From: Microcystis aeruginosa NIES-843
GTDB lineage: Bacteria; Cyanobacteriota; Cyanobacteriia; Cyanobacteriales; Microcystaceae
Direction of reading: 5' to 3'
Assembly (NCBI RefSeq): GCF_000010625.1
Contig: NC_010296.1
Coordinates: 1,380,001 to 1,412,000, forward strand
DNA length: 32,000 nucleotides
In this document: one piece after another, positions 9,031 to 17,663 of the stretch
How positions within the stretch are numbered: position 1 is the stretch's first letter
Layout: every line of letters starts with the position of its first letter
The notes under the pieces: generated by a model
What the model saw: the letters and a program-made list of their open reading frames with translations, nothing else
Database searches by the model: none
Told to the model about the DNA's origin: nothing
Translations under genes and position numbers: made by a program

Positions 9031-9813
9031 GTGAAAACTGACAGTATTTTCTATCAACTCTTACAAAGATTTCCCGCTTGTTTCTTTGATTTGTTGAACC
9101 TTCCTCCCGAAACCGCCAATTCTTATCAATTCTCCTCGGTGGAAGTTAAACAATTGTCCTTTCGTCTCGATGGAGTCTTTTTGCCTGATACACCCAATCA
9201 GCCTATCTATTTCCTCGAAGTACAATTTCAGAAAGATAATAGGTTTTATTCCCGTTTCTTCAGTGAAATCTTTCTCTATCTCCACCAAACGGACTTAAGC
9301 AACAACTGGCAGGGAGTAGTTATTTATCCTCGGCGTTCAGTGGAAAGCGTAGAGACGGCTCGTTATGGGGAGTTAATCAACTCAGGCAGAATTTTACGTT
9401 TTTATCTCGAGGAATTAAGGGAAGTGGAATCCCTGGGAATATCGATGTTACAATTAATTATAGCACCAACCGCCAGAGCGATCGAGCAGGGAAAACAATT
9501 AATTCCACGGATTAGACAAGAATTCCCTAAGGTCAAACAACAGCAAGAACTTTTAGAATTGATAGAGACAATTTTGGTTTATAAGTTACCCCAAGTCAGT
9601 AGAAAGGAGATAGAAGCGATGTTTAGTTTAAGTGATTTAAAACAAACTAAAGTGTATCAGGAAGCTTTAGAAGAAGGCCGACAAGAAGGTGAATTAGCGG
9701 CAAAATTAGCCTCTATTCCTCGTTTATTGGCCTTAGGATTAAACTTTGAACAGATAGCACAGGCTTTAGAATTAGAAATCGAACAGGTTAGACAAGCAAC
9801 TCAAGGGGAATAG
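9031..9813 (+). CDS. Rpn-family recombination-promoting nuclease / putative transposase (PD-(D/E)XK core, DUF4351-like C-terminus)
   Basis: 260 aa with a GTG start. It has the N-terminal D..F..L pattern (KTDSIFYQLLQ), the core LDGVF....IYFLEVQFQKD, and a C-terminal tail QTKVYQEALEEGRQEGE...LGL..EQIAQAL typical of this highly paralogous cyanobacterial family. Confidence 0.75.
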   Translation: MKTDSIFYQLLQRFPACFFDLLNLPPETANSYQFSSVEVKQLSFRLDGVFLPDTPNQPIYFLEVQFQKDNRFYSRFFSEIFLYLHQTDLSNNWQGVVIYPRRSVESVETARYGELINSGRILRFYLEELREVESLGISMLQLIIAPTARAIEQGKQLIPRIRQEFPKVKQQQELLELIETILVYKLPQVSRKEIEAMFSLSDLKQTKVYQEALEEGRQEGELAAKLASIPRLLALGLNFEQIAQALELEIEQVRQATQGE

Positions 9814-9845
9814 GAAAAGTTCAACGCGATCGCACTAAGGTTAGA

Positions 9846-9999
9846 TAAGTAGGTAGGCGTTAAAAGTTGTCAGATGCCCCCCTTATTAAGGGGGGATTAA
9901 GGGGGGATCCCCCCGCCTATCGGCACCCCCCTTATCAAGGGGGGCAGGGGGGATCGAACCTAAAATCCATTTTTAATTTAATTATAACCAGCTACTTAG
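9846..9999. repeat. C6/G6 hairpin-module MITE, short copy
   Basis: The flanks TAAGTAGGTAGGCGTTAAAAGTTGTCAGAT ... TTTAATTTAATTATAACCAGCTACTTAG match those of 16878-17109. The core is CCCCCCTTAT(T/C)AAGGGGGG and GGGGGGATCCCCCC modules. Confidence 0.7.
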
Positions 10000-10024
10000 C
10001 GTATCATGCTAAACGACTTTTATA

Positions 10025-10384
10025 CTATAGCAGAGAGACTAGCTGTGTCGGCGTTGCTGAATCATACATGACCTGGATACTTAAACTAGAGTTTGCTAAG
10101 GCTTGGGGAGTTACTAAGATTTCTATCTTCTGACCTAATGCTACTAGAAAGTCAAACATCTGCTCAAGAGAAAATTTTTGCAATCTGCCATTTTTTAAGT
10201 TAGAAATTTTAGCCTCGTCAATCCCCAAAATTTGACTGACCTCCTGCTGGCTTAATTCTTGTTCAGTAATCAGATCGTAAATCACTGAAGCCAGCTTGAC
10301 TTTAGCGAGTTTTTCTTCTGCATTAGCAAAGCCTAAGTCTTCAAAAATGTTTCCCGAAATAATAGTATATTCTGTCATAATCAT
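10025..10384 (-). CDS. XRE-family helix-turn-helix protein (HigA-type antitoxin-like), with no cognate toxin ORF immediately upstream
   Basis: 119 aa. The HTH segment is LSQQEVSQILGIDEAKISNLKNGRLQKFSLEQMFDFLVALG. Confidence 0.8.
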   Translation of the reverse strand: MIMTEYTIISGNIFEDLGFANAEEKLAKVKLASVIYDLITEQELSQQEVSQILGIDEAKISNLKNGRLQKFSLEQMFDFLVALGQKIEILVTPQALANSSLSIQVMYDSATPTQLVSLL

Positions 10385-10481
10385 TTATCTCCTTTTTGGT
10401 ATTTATTGTTGCTCTTTTGCGATCTCCTGTGCTTTTTTCAGGCGTTCTTTTTCTCCTACAGGTGATTGCATCATTCAACCT

Positions 10482-10781
10482 TTATTTGATCTCAGAGAAT
10501 AAAGCATCTAAATCTTGACGACCATTAACAATTCTTAAAATTTCCACCGTTTCATTAATTACTCGATAGAAAATAATATATCCATCTAAAGGTAAACCTC
10601 TCAAGGATGGTTTAATATGACTATAGCTGCGTCCTAACTTGGGAAATTGTACTAATTGTTGACACTTTTTGTAAAATTTTCTGAATAGTTTTTCACCTGC
10701 TTCAATATTTACTACTAAAAAATAATCGGCAATCTTGTTTAAATCTTGATTGGCTGAAGGCGCAATAATATAACGATTCAT
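10482..10781 (-). CDS. parE: ParE/RelE-superfamily toxin
   Basis: 99 aa. A..DL..I..Y, P.LGR, LRGLPLDGYIIFYRV...TVEILRIVNGRQD is the ParE pattern. It starts 2 nt after the upstream antitoxin stop. Confidence 0.85.
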   Translation of the reverse strand: MNRYIIAPSANQDLNKIADYFLVVNIEAGEKLFRKFYKKCQQLVQFPKLGRSYSHIKPSLRGLPLDGYIIFYRVINETVEILRIVNGRQDLDALFSEIK

Positions 10782-10783
10782 AA

Positions 10784-11044
10784 TTATTTTTGTTGCGCTT
10801 TTTTAAATTTTTCGAGTATATCATTTATAACTTTTTCTCCATCTAATCCCTCTCCATTATCTAATTCTGCTATGGCAACGTCAATTTTTTGACGAGTTTC
10901 TTCTACCCATTGTAAGTAATCTTGACCGAGGATTTCTAGCAAGTAAAAAGCGGTATCTATGACTTGTTCTGAATTATTAAATCTGCCACTTTTTAACTGT
11001 TTTTGGATAAATTGTTCTTGATTGGGTTTTAGTTGAATATTCAT
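10784..11044 (-). CDS. parD: ParD-family antitoxin
   Basis: 86 aa. MNIQLKPNQEQFIQKQLKSGRFNNSEQVIDTAFYLLE matches the COG3609/ParD-type N-terminus. Confidence 0.8.
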   Translation of the reverse strand: MNIQLKPNQEQFIQKQLKSGRFNNSEQVIDTAFYLLEILGQDYLQWVEETRQKIDVAIAELDNGEGLDGEKVINDILEKFKKAQQK

Positions 11045-11285
11045 GATGACTTTTGTAAGGTTAAGGGTTAAGTCGAGTGTCCTGTTTCATTTTACTACAA
11101 GGATTAGCTAAAATAGGTTAGTTGAGGTGCATTACATAACATTAACGCCCCCTTCCGAGATCGGCGATCGCTCCTTGTTTGAGTTGGTCGATGAGAGCAT
11201 TATCTCGTTCCCCGGTTCTACCTGAATATTGCTTTAAGGCAGAGCCTTGAAACAAGGGAAATGAGTAGGTAGTGGACTGTTTCAG

Positions 11286-12137
11286 CTAATTTGGTGCAAT
11301 AGATTCTCCCGATTCCTCCTCCTCAAACACAGGATAAAGATGTTTCAGCTTGACCCTAGCATCGCTGGTCGTAAACGTCCATATTACTGTAGATGCAGTC
11401 TGATTACGTTCTTTTTGCCAGGTTTCTATCTCCCTTTTCAGTTCTTCCTTGCTAGAAATCCTTCTATCTAAACATTGCCTCGATAAGACGCTTAGTTCAG
11501 TTTCGGCTACATTTAACCAGCTACCATTACGAGGTGTGTAATAAATTTCCAGTCTTCTAGCTAAACGATGAGCAACGGGTGCTGGAAATGCTTCATAAAG
11601 CGAGGCTATGTTATGAGTGTTGAGATTATCACAGACGAGCTTGACTTTTCGAGCCTTTGGATAGTCCACATCCAATAATTGACGAATTTCTTCTGCCCAA
11701 TCTATTCGGGTTCGACTATCTCGGTTACTCACCCGTCTCCATCCTCGATGGGGGTCAAAAAACATGAACAAGGCTTGAACCCCTTCACGACTATAGTGAT
11801 AGTCTTCTTTTTTATCTTGTCCAGGTTGCATGGGTATCGGAGGGTAAACTTCTCCAAGTAGTTGCTTTGATGCTTCATCCATCGCGATTAACGGTTCTTC
11901 TTCCGATGGCTGAGTGCCATACAGGTCAAGGACAACTTCCATCTGGGCAACAAATCGGGCTAAATCCTGTTCCGGAATACAGTATCTTTGGGTTTTCCAA
12001 GGGCGTAATTGGTTTTTTTTAGAGTACGCCACACCGTTGGACTGGAAATCTCGGTGATAATTTGTCTTTGTTTGAGTTCCGAGGTTAATAGTCGGATTGT
12101 CCACTCGGCTCGGCCAGATGGTGGCTCCGAACAGCAC
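11286..12137 (-). CDS. IS630 transposase, DDE catalytic part (orfB)
   Basis: The -1 frame after the A8 run reads KNQLRPWKTQRYCIP, continuing the family-typical LKPWK motif. DDE-region motifs are IAMDEASK, LVCDNLNTHN and TPRNGSWLNVAE. Confidence 0.8.
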   Translation of the reverse strand: MLFGATIWPSRVDNPTINLGTQTKTNYHRDFQSNGVAYSKKNQLRPWKTQRYCIPEQDLARFVAQMEVVLDLYGTQPSEEEPLIAMDEASKQLLGEVYPPIPMQPGQDKKEDYHYSREGVQALFMFFDPHRGWRRVSNRDSRTRIDWAEEIRQLLDVDYPKARKVKLVCDNLNTHNIASLYEAFPAPVAHRLARRLEIYYTPRNGSWLNVAETELSVLSRQCLDRRISSKEELKREIETWQKERNQTASTVIWTFTTSDARVKLKHLYPVFEEEESGESIAPN

Positions 12138-12463
12138 AGGGCAATGATTTGGGCGGCGGCGGCTCCATCAACTTTTGCCGGAGTGGGGGGAGTTTTTCTC
12201 GATTTCCGTTCTAATGCTGGTTTTTCGCCTTTTTGAAGAAATCTTTGACGAATACGTCCCACTGTATTTCTATGAACTTCTAAAGCTTCGCCTATTTCTT
12301 CATCTGTCCATTTCCTTTTCGCCTGTTCTCCCTCGTCACACATCAGCAAAATCCGAGCGTGGAGAATTTTTTTAGCTGGTGCATAGCCATTACGACTGAT
12401 TTGTTCGAGGTTTTCTCTTTGTTCCCCTGTTAGATTGACTTTATCTCGCCGACCTCTTCCCAT
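11960..12463 (-). CDS. IS630 transposase, N-terminal HTH part (orfA), joined to orfB by a -1 frameshift
   Basis: 167 aa with HTH/winged-helix segments. It ends shortly after the run CTA AAA AAA ACC (A8 on the minus strand; plus-strand T8 at 12013-12020). Confidence 0.8.
   Translation of the reverse strand: MGRGRRDKVNLTGEQRENLEQISRNGYAPAKKILHARILLMCDEGEQAKRKWTDEEIGEALEVHRNTVGRIRQRFLQKGEKPALERKSRKTPPTPAKVDGAAAAQIIALCCSEPPSGRAEWTIRLLTSELKQRQIITEISSPTVWRTLKKTNYALGKPKDTVFRNRI
12013..12020 (-). promoter_or_regulatory. A8 slippery run, candidate programmed -1 frameshift (or transcriptional slippage) site of the IS630 transposase
   Basis: The frame-A codons CTA AAA AAA ACC contain the A AAA AAA heptamer. 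Family homology switches from frame 0 to frame -1 exactly here. Confidence 0.6.
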
Positions 12464-12522
12464 GATTGATGTCCTCTGCTTGTTCGAGCTATTGCCCTAT
12501 TTTAGCTGAAACAGTCCAGTAG

Positions 12523-12586
12523 GGTGCGTTAGGAGCGCGACAATATTATTTAATTTACATTAATTACATAGGCGACGTAACGCACC
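12523..12586. repeat. Inverted repeat GGTGCGTTA ... TAACGCACC (9-bp arms, 46-nt AT-rich spacer)
   Basis: Read directly. It abuts the IS630 end. Confidence 0.5.
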
Positions 12587-12618
12587 AATATTATCCTAAA
12601 TCCCTTGAGTAACCCACA

Positions 12619-12649
12619 GAAAACCGGTTTCTCCGAGAAACCCGTTTTC
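12619..12649. repeat. 31-nt near-perfect palindrome GAAAACCGGTTTCTC-C-GAGAAACCCGTTTTC
   Basis: Read directly: 15-nt arms with 1 mismatch. Confidence 0.6.
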
Positions 12650-12815
12650 TACTCATGCACTCATGCAAAAAGGGGAATAAATAATCAGTAGATCGTAGCG
12701 ATTGTCTTAAAAGTCAAGGGGAATAAAGAAAATCTTTTGTACCCCAAATAGGCAAGACAAAGTAACGGCACCAGTCATCCGTTTTGTCAGCGATGAAATT
12801 GTTCGGAAAACTGGA

Positions 12816-13752
<937 letters not shown>

Positions 13753-13960
13753 CGTTTATGCTGGGGTTAAGTTATTTTGTCCCTTTGGTAACTCGTCCTT
13801 GCGAATACGAGGTTAATCCTCCAGCGATTGTTCGAGCTTGTCTCATCGGGATGACGGCGTGGCTCCGGTGGCTACCCAACGGTGTCAAGCACCTCGGTTG
13901 AACTGGATGTCCACGCCCTTTTTCAGAATATAGGCACCCAAGCTACAAAGCGGTATTTTT
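13753..13960 (-). ncRNA. Structured IS110 leader: candidate bridge (seek) RNA
   Basis: It is a non-coding stretch directly 5' of the transposase ATG. Visible stems are CTCGT/ACGAG (13792-13811), GGCGTGG/CCACGCC (13856-13917) and, nested within the latter, GGTG/CACC (13881-13893). The extent is not determined. Confidence 0.35.
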
Positions 13961-14106
13961 TACCTAGGTTGGGACGGGTTGCCTACTTCTCAAGATACAA
14001 GGTTGGGTTGAACGATAGTGAAACCCAACACTTTTAAATAATTGGGTTGGGTTTCGTTCCTCAACCCAACCTACGGCTCAAAAAAAAATCGACCCGCCTA
14101 GCGGCG

Positions 14107-14157
14107 GGAAAAAGAGAAAAAGAGAAAAAGGGTAAAAAGGGTAAAAAGGGAAAAAGG
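14107..14157. repeat. A-rich short tandem repeats (GAAAAA / GGGTAAAAA units)
   Basis: Read directly: ggaaaaagagaaaaagagaaaaagggtaaaaagggtaaaaagggaaaaaggg. It lies immediately 3' of the FGE-domain gene. Confidence 0.85.
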
Positions 14158-14158
14158 G

Positions 14159-16009
14159 CTACAGAGTCCTCCCGAATACGCAGACTACCCGAAAACCGAG
14201 AATGCTGTTGCGGCTGACGCGGCGGAAGTAGTAGTTGCGAATCGCGGAACGGCAGAGAATAGGATAGAAGCCCCAGGAACCGCCCCGCACTGGAGAACAA
14301 TTATCATTACCATTTTTTATCCAAGCACTGCCATCCCTTGGCGCATTCTCATAGGTACTATGCCAATCGTCCTCGCACCACTCCCAAACATTGCCAATCA
14401 TGTCATACAGTCCCCAAGCATTGGGCTTTTTCTGGCCCACAGGATGAGTTGTCTCCTGAGAATTTCCTTTATACCAAGCGTAATTTCCTAACTGATTAGC
14501 ATCATCACCGAAATAATAGCGAGTAGTAGTCCCCGCACGACAGGCATATTCCCATTCCGCTTCCGTCGGTAGGCGATAGGTTTTTCCTGTTATTTGACTC
14601 AATTTCTGACAAAAGGCTTGAGCATCGTTCCAACTAACCATTTCTACCGGATTTTGGGGATTGTTTTTAAACTCAGAGGGATTGGTTCCCATTACCGCTT
14701 CATATTGTGCCTGAGTCACTGGATATTTACCAATCGCAAAACTGTTGACTTTAACTTGGTGTTGAGGCTTTTCATTATCACTGTCAGCAGATCCCATGAG
14801 AAATTGACCTGCTGGTAAGCTCACCATCTTCAGTGTTATCCCATTGGGTAGGTTTTCGATAAATGAAGTTTTATTGTCTAGGGGTGTCTCTGGTTGAGCA
14901 GATTTAGATGCAATCATCCAATCTGATGGAGAAGAAGGAGTTTTATTGTCTAGGGGTGTCTCTGGTTGAGGAAGGGGAGGAATAGGAGAGTCACCGACGA
15001 CGGAGGTGCTAAAATTCCCAACTCTCTCGATTACATGGTTGTTGATGCGTTGAATGGCGGTTTCGAGTTCGATTTCCTCGTCGGGGATTTCCACTTCCGT
15101 CCATTGCCATCCTTCCTGCTCGGCTCGCTCTAGTGCGATCGCTAAACGGCCGCGCTTTTCTTCGCTGGTGACGAGGAAATTGAGCAAACTAGCCGATAGA
15201 TTCTCGTTTTTGCGGAAAGATACCGCCGATTCGGAACTGAGAATGTTCTGGACAAGGGATTCCACCTCGCTGACACTGCGGGAAAGTTCCCCGTCAATGG
15301 TCGCTACTTGATCGATTAAGCCTTGAAACTGTCCGATAATTGGTTTTAGGTATTGTTCTAGATTAATGGCTACTTTGGCCATTTCGATCGCTTCTTTTTC
15401 CAGATTATCTAACTCCAGCTGCAACTGATACACTTGTTTGTACCCGTTCAACTCGCCGATCATTTTCGAGAAAACCCGTTTTTGTGTATCCTGATCTTCA
15501 GCTAATTTCTGGATACTTTCGCTGATTAGGTCGATTTTCTTGAGCATGAGCAAGCTGGCGCGACCAACAAGAATCACAGTGCGGAAAATCTGCTGTTTCT
15601 GTAGTCTCAGGGTATCTCGCAGTTCAGCCGAGCCGATGCTATTCTCCAAAGATTGGCGTTTTCGCTCTGTTTCTGCCAATTTCTGGCATTTAACCGCCAC
15701 TGCCTCCTTGATTTCCTCGGTCAGTGACTGGAAAAACCGCCGGTATTCATCCTTATGGTCGGTGAGAAATCTGATTAACTGGTTATAGTCCCCGACTAAT
15801 CTTTCTAATTCTTGAAAAGTTTCCTCGAAATTGAGGGGTTCTTCTTTTTTCCTCAATCCTAACCATGTATTGCGGACCCGTTTTCCAGTTTTAATCAGTT
15901 GCTGTCTTTCTTGAATCTGATCCTGCAAAATTAATAAATCGGGGCGATTTAGTTGGGGAAGTTGATAGGTTTTCCGATAAAGCTTGATTTTCGCCGTTTC
16001 TTCTGCCAT
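14159..16009 (-). CDS. Fusion protein: ~370-aa uncharacterised coiled-coil N-terminal module, duplicated Pro-rich linker, and C-terminal FGE-sulfatase (SUMF1/EgtB/PvdO-type) domain
   Basis: 616 aa. The C-terminal domain has MVSLPAGQFLMGS, PQHQVKVNSFAIGKYPVTQAQY, RLPTEAEWEYACRAG, GNVWEWCEDDW, RGGSW and GFRVV. The N-terminal part is heptad-rich and I recognise no motif in it. Confidence 0.85.
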   Translation of the reverse strand: MAEETAKIKLYRKTYQLPQLNRPDLLILQDQIQERQQLIKTGKRVRNTWLGLRKKEEPLNFEETFQELERLVGDYNQLIRFLTDHKDEYRRFFQSLTEEIKEAVAVKCQKLAETERKRQSLENSIGSAELRDTLRLQKQQIFRTVILVGRASLLMLKKIDLISESIQKLAEDQDTQKRVFSKMIGELNGYKQVYQLQLELDNLEKEAIEMAKVAINLEQYLKPIIGQFQGLIDQVATIDGELSRSVSEVESLVQNILSSESAVSFRKNENLSASLLNFLVTSEEKRGRLAIALERAEQEGWQWTEVEIPDEEIELETAIQRINNHVIERVGNFSTSVVGDSPIPPLPQPETPLDNKTPSSPSDWMIASKSAQPETPLDNKTSFIENLPNGITLKMVSLPAGQFLMGSADSDNEKPQHQVKVNSFAIGKYPVTQAQYEAVMGTNPSEFKNNPQNPVEMVSWNDAQAFCQKLSQITGKTYRLPTEAEWEYACRAGTTTRYYFGDDANQLGNYAWYKGNSQETTHPVGQKKPNAWGLYDMIGNVWEWCEDDWHSTYENAPRDGSAWIKNGNDNCSPVRGGSWGFYPILCRSAIRNYYFRRVSRNSILGFRVVCVFGRTL

Positions 16010-16191
16010 CGCCGTGGTCGCTGAGGGTGAGTTTTTTCTATTTTAGTCCGATTTTTGATCATCAAATACTATCGCGATACGCCTAGGTAGTTAAGTTGTC
16101 AAATTCATCTAGTTTTCTAGAAATCTCGGCCAGAGGCGAAAAAATCAGCGACAATGATATAAATGGAGTTATCAACACAAGTAAAGCGATT

Positions 16192-16839
16192 ATGACTGTA
16201 GCCACGACGAACGCCCGAGATATTTTCCGCTCCGCCTACGAAAACCGTTACACTTGGGATGAACGATTCCCCGGTTACACTGCTGATATTATCCTCACCC
16301 AAGGAGAGGAAGTCCATACGGGCAAAATTCAAGTTAATGCCGATTATAGTGTGGAAGTAACGGGCATTGATGACGAGAAAGTGCAAGAAAGTATCTATAA
16401 TCAAATGCGCGACATCGTTACTCACCGCAAAAGAGGCAATTTTGATGCCTCCCACGGCAAAAACCAGTTTAATTTCGGGCAAGATGATCCCACCGGTGCA
16501 GTAGAAATTCTTGTCACCGGCGATGCTATGGGGTCTAATTATAAGGTCCGCGGCCAGGAAATCTGTCAAGTCAGTCGAGTCATGGGACCGATGGCTTTTA
16601 CTATTAATACCGAGGAAAGTCTCGATACGGGAGAAGGTTATATTTCTATTCGCTATAATGCCATTTTCCGCAATGCCAAAACCGATGAATTAAAGGGAAA
16701 ACGTGACTTTAAGGAAACCTACGAAAAAATCGGTAATTATTATTTACCCTCCTGTCAAGTGATTAACGCAATCGATGCCGGGGGCGAAAAATCCACCACA
16801 GAATTTACTTTTATCAATCTGCAGCTTTTAGAATCTTAA
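16192..16839 (+). CDS. Conserved cyanobacterial/plastid-lineage hypothetical protein (DUF3386-like, assigned from memory)
   Basis: The track ORF starts at TTG 16096. The first ATG at 16192 gives MTVATTNARDIFRSAYENRYTWDERFPGY (215 aa), matching the usual size and N-terminus of this family. Confidence 0.7.
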   Translation: MTVATTNARDIFRSAYENRYTWDERFPGYTADIILTQGEEVHTGKIQVNADYSVEVTGIDDEKVQESIYNQMRDIVTHRKRGNFDASHGKNQFNFGQDDPTGAVEILVTGDAMGSNYKVRGQEICQVSRVMGPMAFTINTEESLDTGEGYISIRYNAIFRNAKTDELKGKRDFKETYEKIGNYYLPSCQVINAIDAGGEKSTTEFTFINLQLLES

Positions 16840-16877
16840 GGGTTATCCCCGCCCAAAAAGCGTTAGGATCGAAGTAA

Positions 16878-17109
16878 CTAAGTAGGTGGGTGTTAAAAAT
16901 TGTCGGATCCCCCCGCCTATCGGCACCCCCCTTATCAAGGGGGGCAGGGGGGATCAAACCCCCCTTATCAAGGGTAGATCCCCCCGCCTATCGGCACCCC
17001 CCTTATCAAGGGTAGATCCCCCCGCCTATCGGCACCCCCCTTATCAAGGGGGGCAGGGGGGATCAAAGACAATATCTATCTTCAATTTAATTGAAACCAC
17101 TTACTTACA
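16878..17109. repeat. C6/G6 hairpin-module MITE, expanded copy (three GATCCCCCCGCCTATCGGCACCCCCCTTATCAAGGG units)
   Basis: It has the same flanks as 9846-9999 (CTAAGTAGGTGGGTGTTAAAAATTGTCGGAT ... TTCAATTTAATTGAAACCACTTACTTAC). It ends 31 nt before the nfu start codon. Confidence 0.7.
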
Positions 17110-17139
17110 CTGTAATAAATCTCTGACCAGAAGCTGATT

Positions 17140-17376
17140 ATGTCTTTAACACTGACTCCCAATAACGTCGAACAAGTTTTAGATGAAATGCGCCCCTACC
17201 TGATGGCGGATGGTGGTAACGTGGAATTAGTCGAAATCGACGGGCCAGTCGTCAAACTGCGTCTTCAAGGCGCTTGCGGTTCCTGTCCCAGTTCCACCAT
17301 GACCCTAAAAATGGGCATCGAACGTCGTCTCCGGGAAGTGATTCCCGAAATTGCCGAAGTTGAACAAGCTTTCTAA
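17140..17376 (+). CDS. nfu: NifU C-terminal-domain (Nfu-type) Fe-S cluster scaffold protein
   Basis: 78 aa. It contains [35 protein letters not shown] with the CxxC motif. Confidence 0.9.
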   Translation: MSLTLTPNNVEQVLDEMRPYLMADGGNVELVEIDGPVVKLRLQGACGSCPSSTMTLKMGIERRLREVIPEIAEVEQAF

Positions 17377-17403
17377 ATCTTGGGTTAATTAATTCTCACC
17401 ACT

Positions 17404-17434
17404 GCCCGATTGCTAATTTAATTAGCGATCGGGC
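17404..17434 (+). terminator. Long hairpin 3' of nfu (possible terminator; weak U tract)
   Basis: GCCCGATTGCTAAT-TTA-ATTAGCGATCGGGC has 14-bp arms with one G-U position. It is followed by A/T-rich sequence but no clean T run. Confidence 0.4.
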
Positions 17435-17663
17435 ATAATATTAATTAGGGTTTAAGGCAAGAGGCACTCATGCAAGAGGCACTTATGCAAAAGGGAGAAT
17501 AAATAATCAGTTTTTAATAACCAGATTTGGTATTATATATCTTTTTCTGCAAGATTGATAAAATTACAGAATTAATTAAGGTAAAAAGTATCTTTTTTAG
17601 CCGATTAAACGGTCAATTAAGCATTAAGATATACTTGAAAATTTTTATTAAAACTCAAAAATT

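Larger units (their letters stand above)
11270..12521 (-). mobile_element. IS630-family insertion sequence, apparently complete
   Basis: Terminal inverted repeats are TAGTGGACTGTTTCAGCTA (11270-11288) and TAGCTGAAACAGTCCAGTA (12503-12521), 18 of 19 matching, each beginning with TA. Two overlapping transposase ORFs lie inside. Confidence 0.85.

Noticed and set aside
9867-10133. 88-aa ORF (PLIKGGLRGDPPAYRHPPYQGGQGG...), and the similar 83-aa ORF at 16886..17137
   Set aside because: Both are read straight through the C6/G6 MITE modules. The peptide simply translates the repeat units. They also overlap better-supported features, so they are artefacts.
10385-10481. 22-codon ORF (MMQSPVGEKERLKKAQEIAKEQQ) between parE and the XRE gene, considered as a toxin remnant or leader peptide
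   Set aside because: It is too short and featureless to assign. It is mentioned under the TA islet finding but not called as a gene.
14061-14300. 79-aa ORF overlapping the 3' end of the FGE-domain gene
   Set aside because: It lies in an alternative frame of a well-supported CDS and then runs through the A-rich tandem repeat. Its sequence is low-complexity.
16117-16569. 150-aa minus-strand ORF opposite the DUF3386-like gene. The same applies to other antisense ORFs inside aroA, the ABC ATPase, purL, the FGE gene, the IDH-like gene, the proteases and the IS elements.
   Set aside because: All lie entirely within longer ORFs that have clear family motifs. None shows a recognisable domain, so they are typical shadow ORFs.
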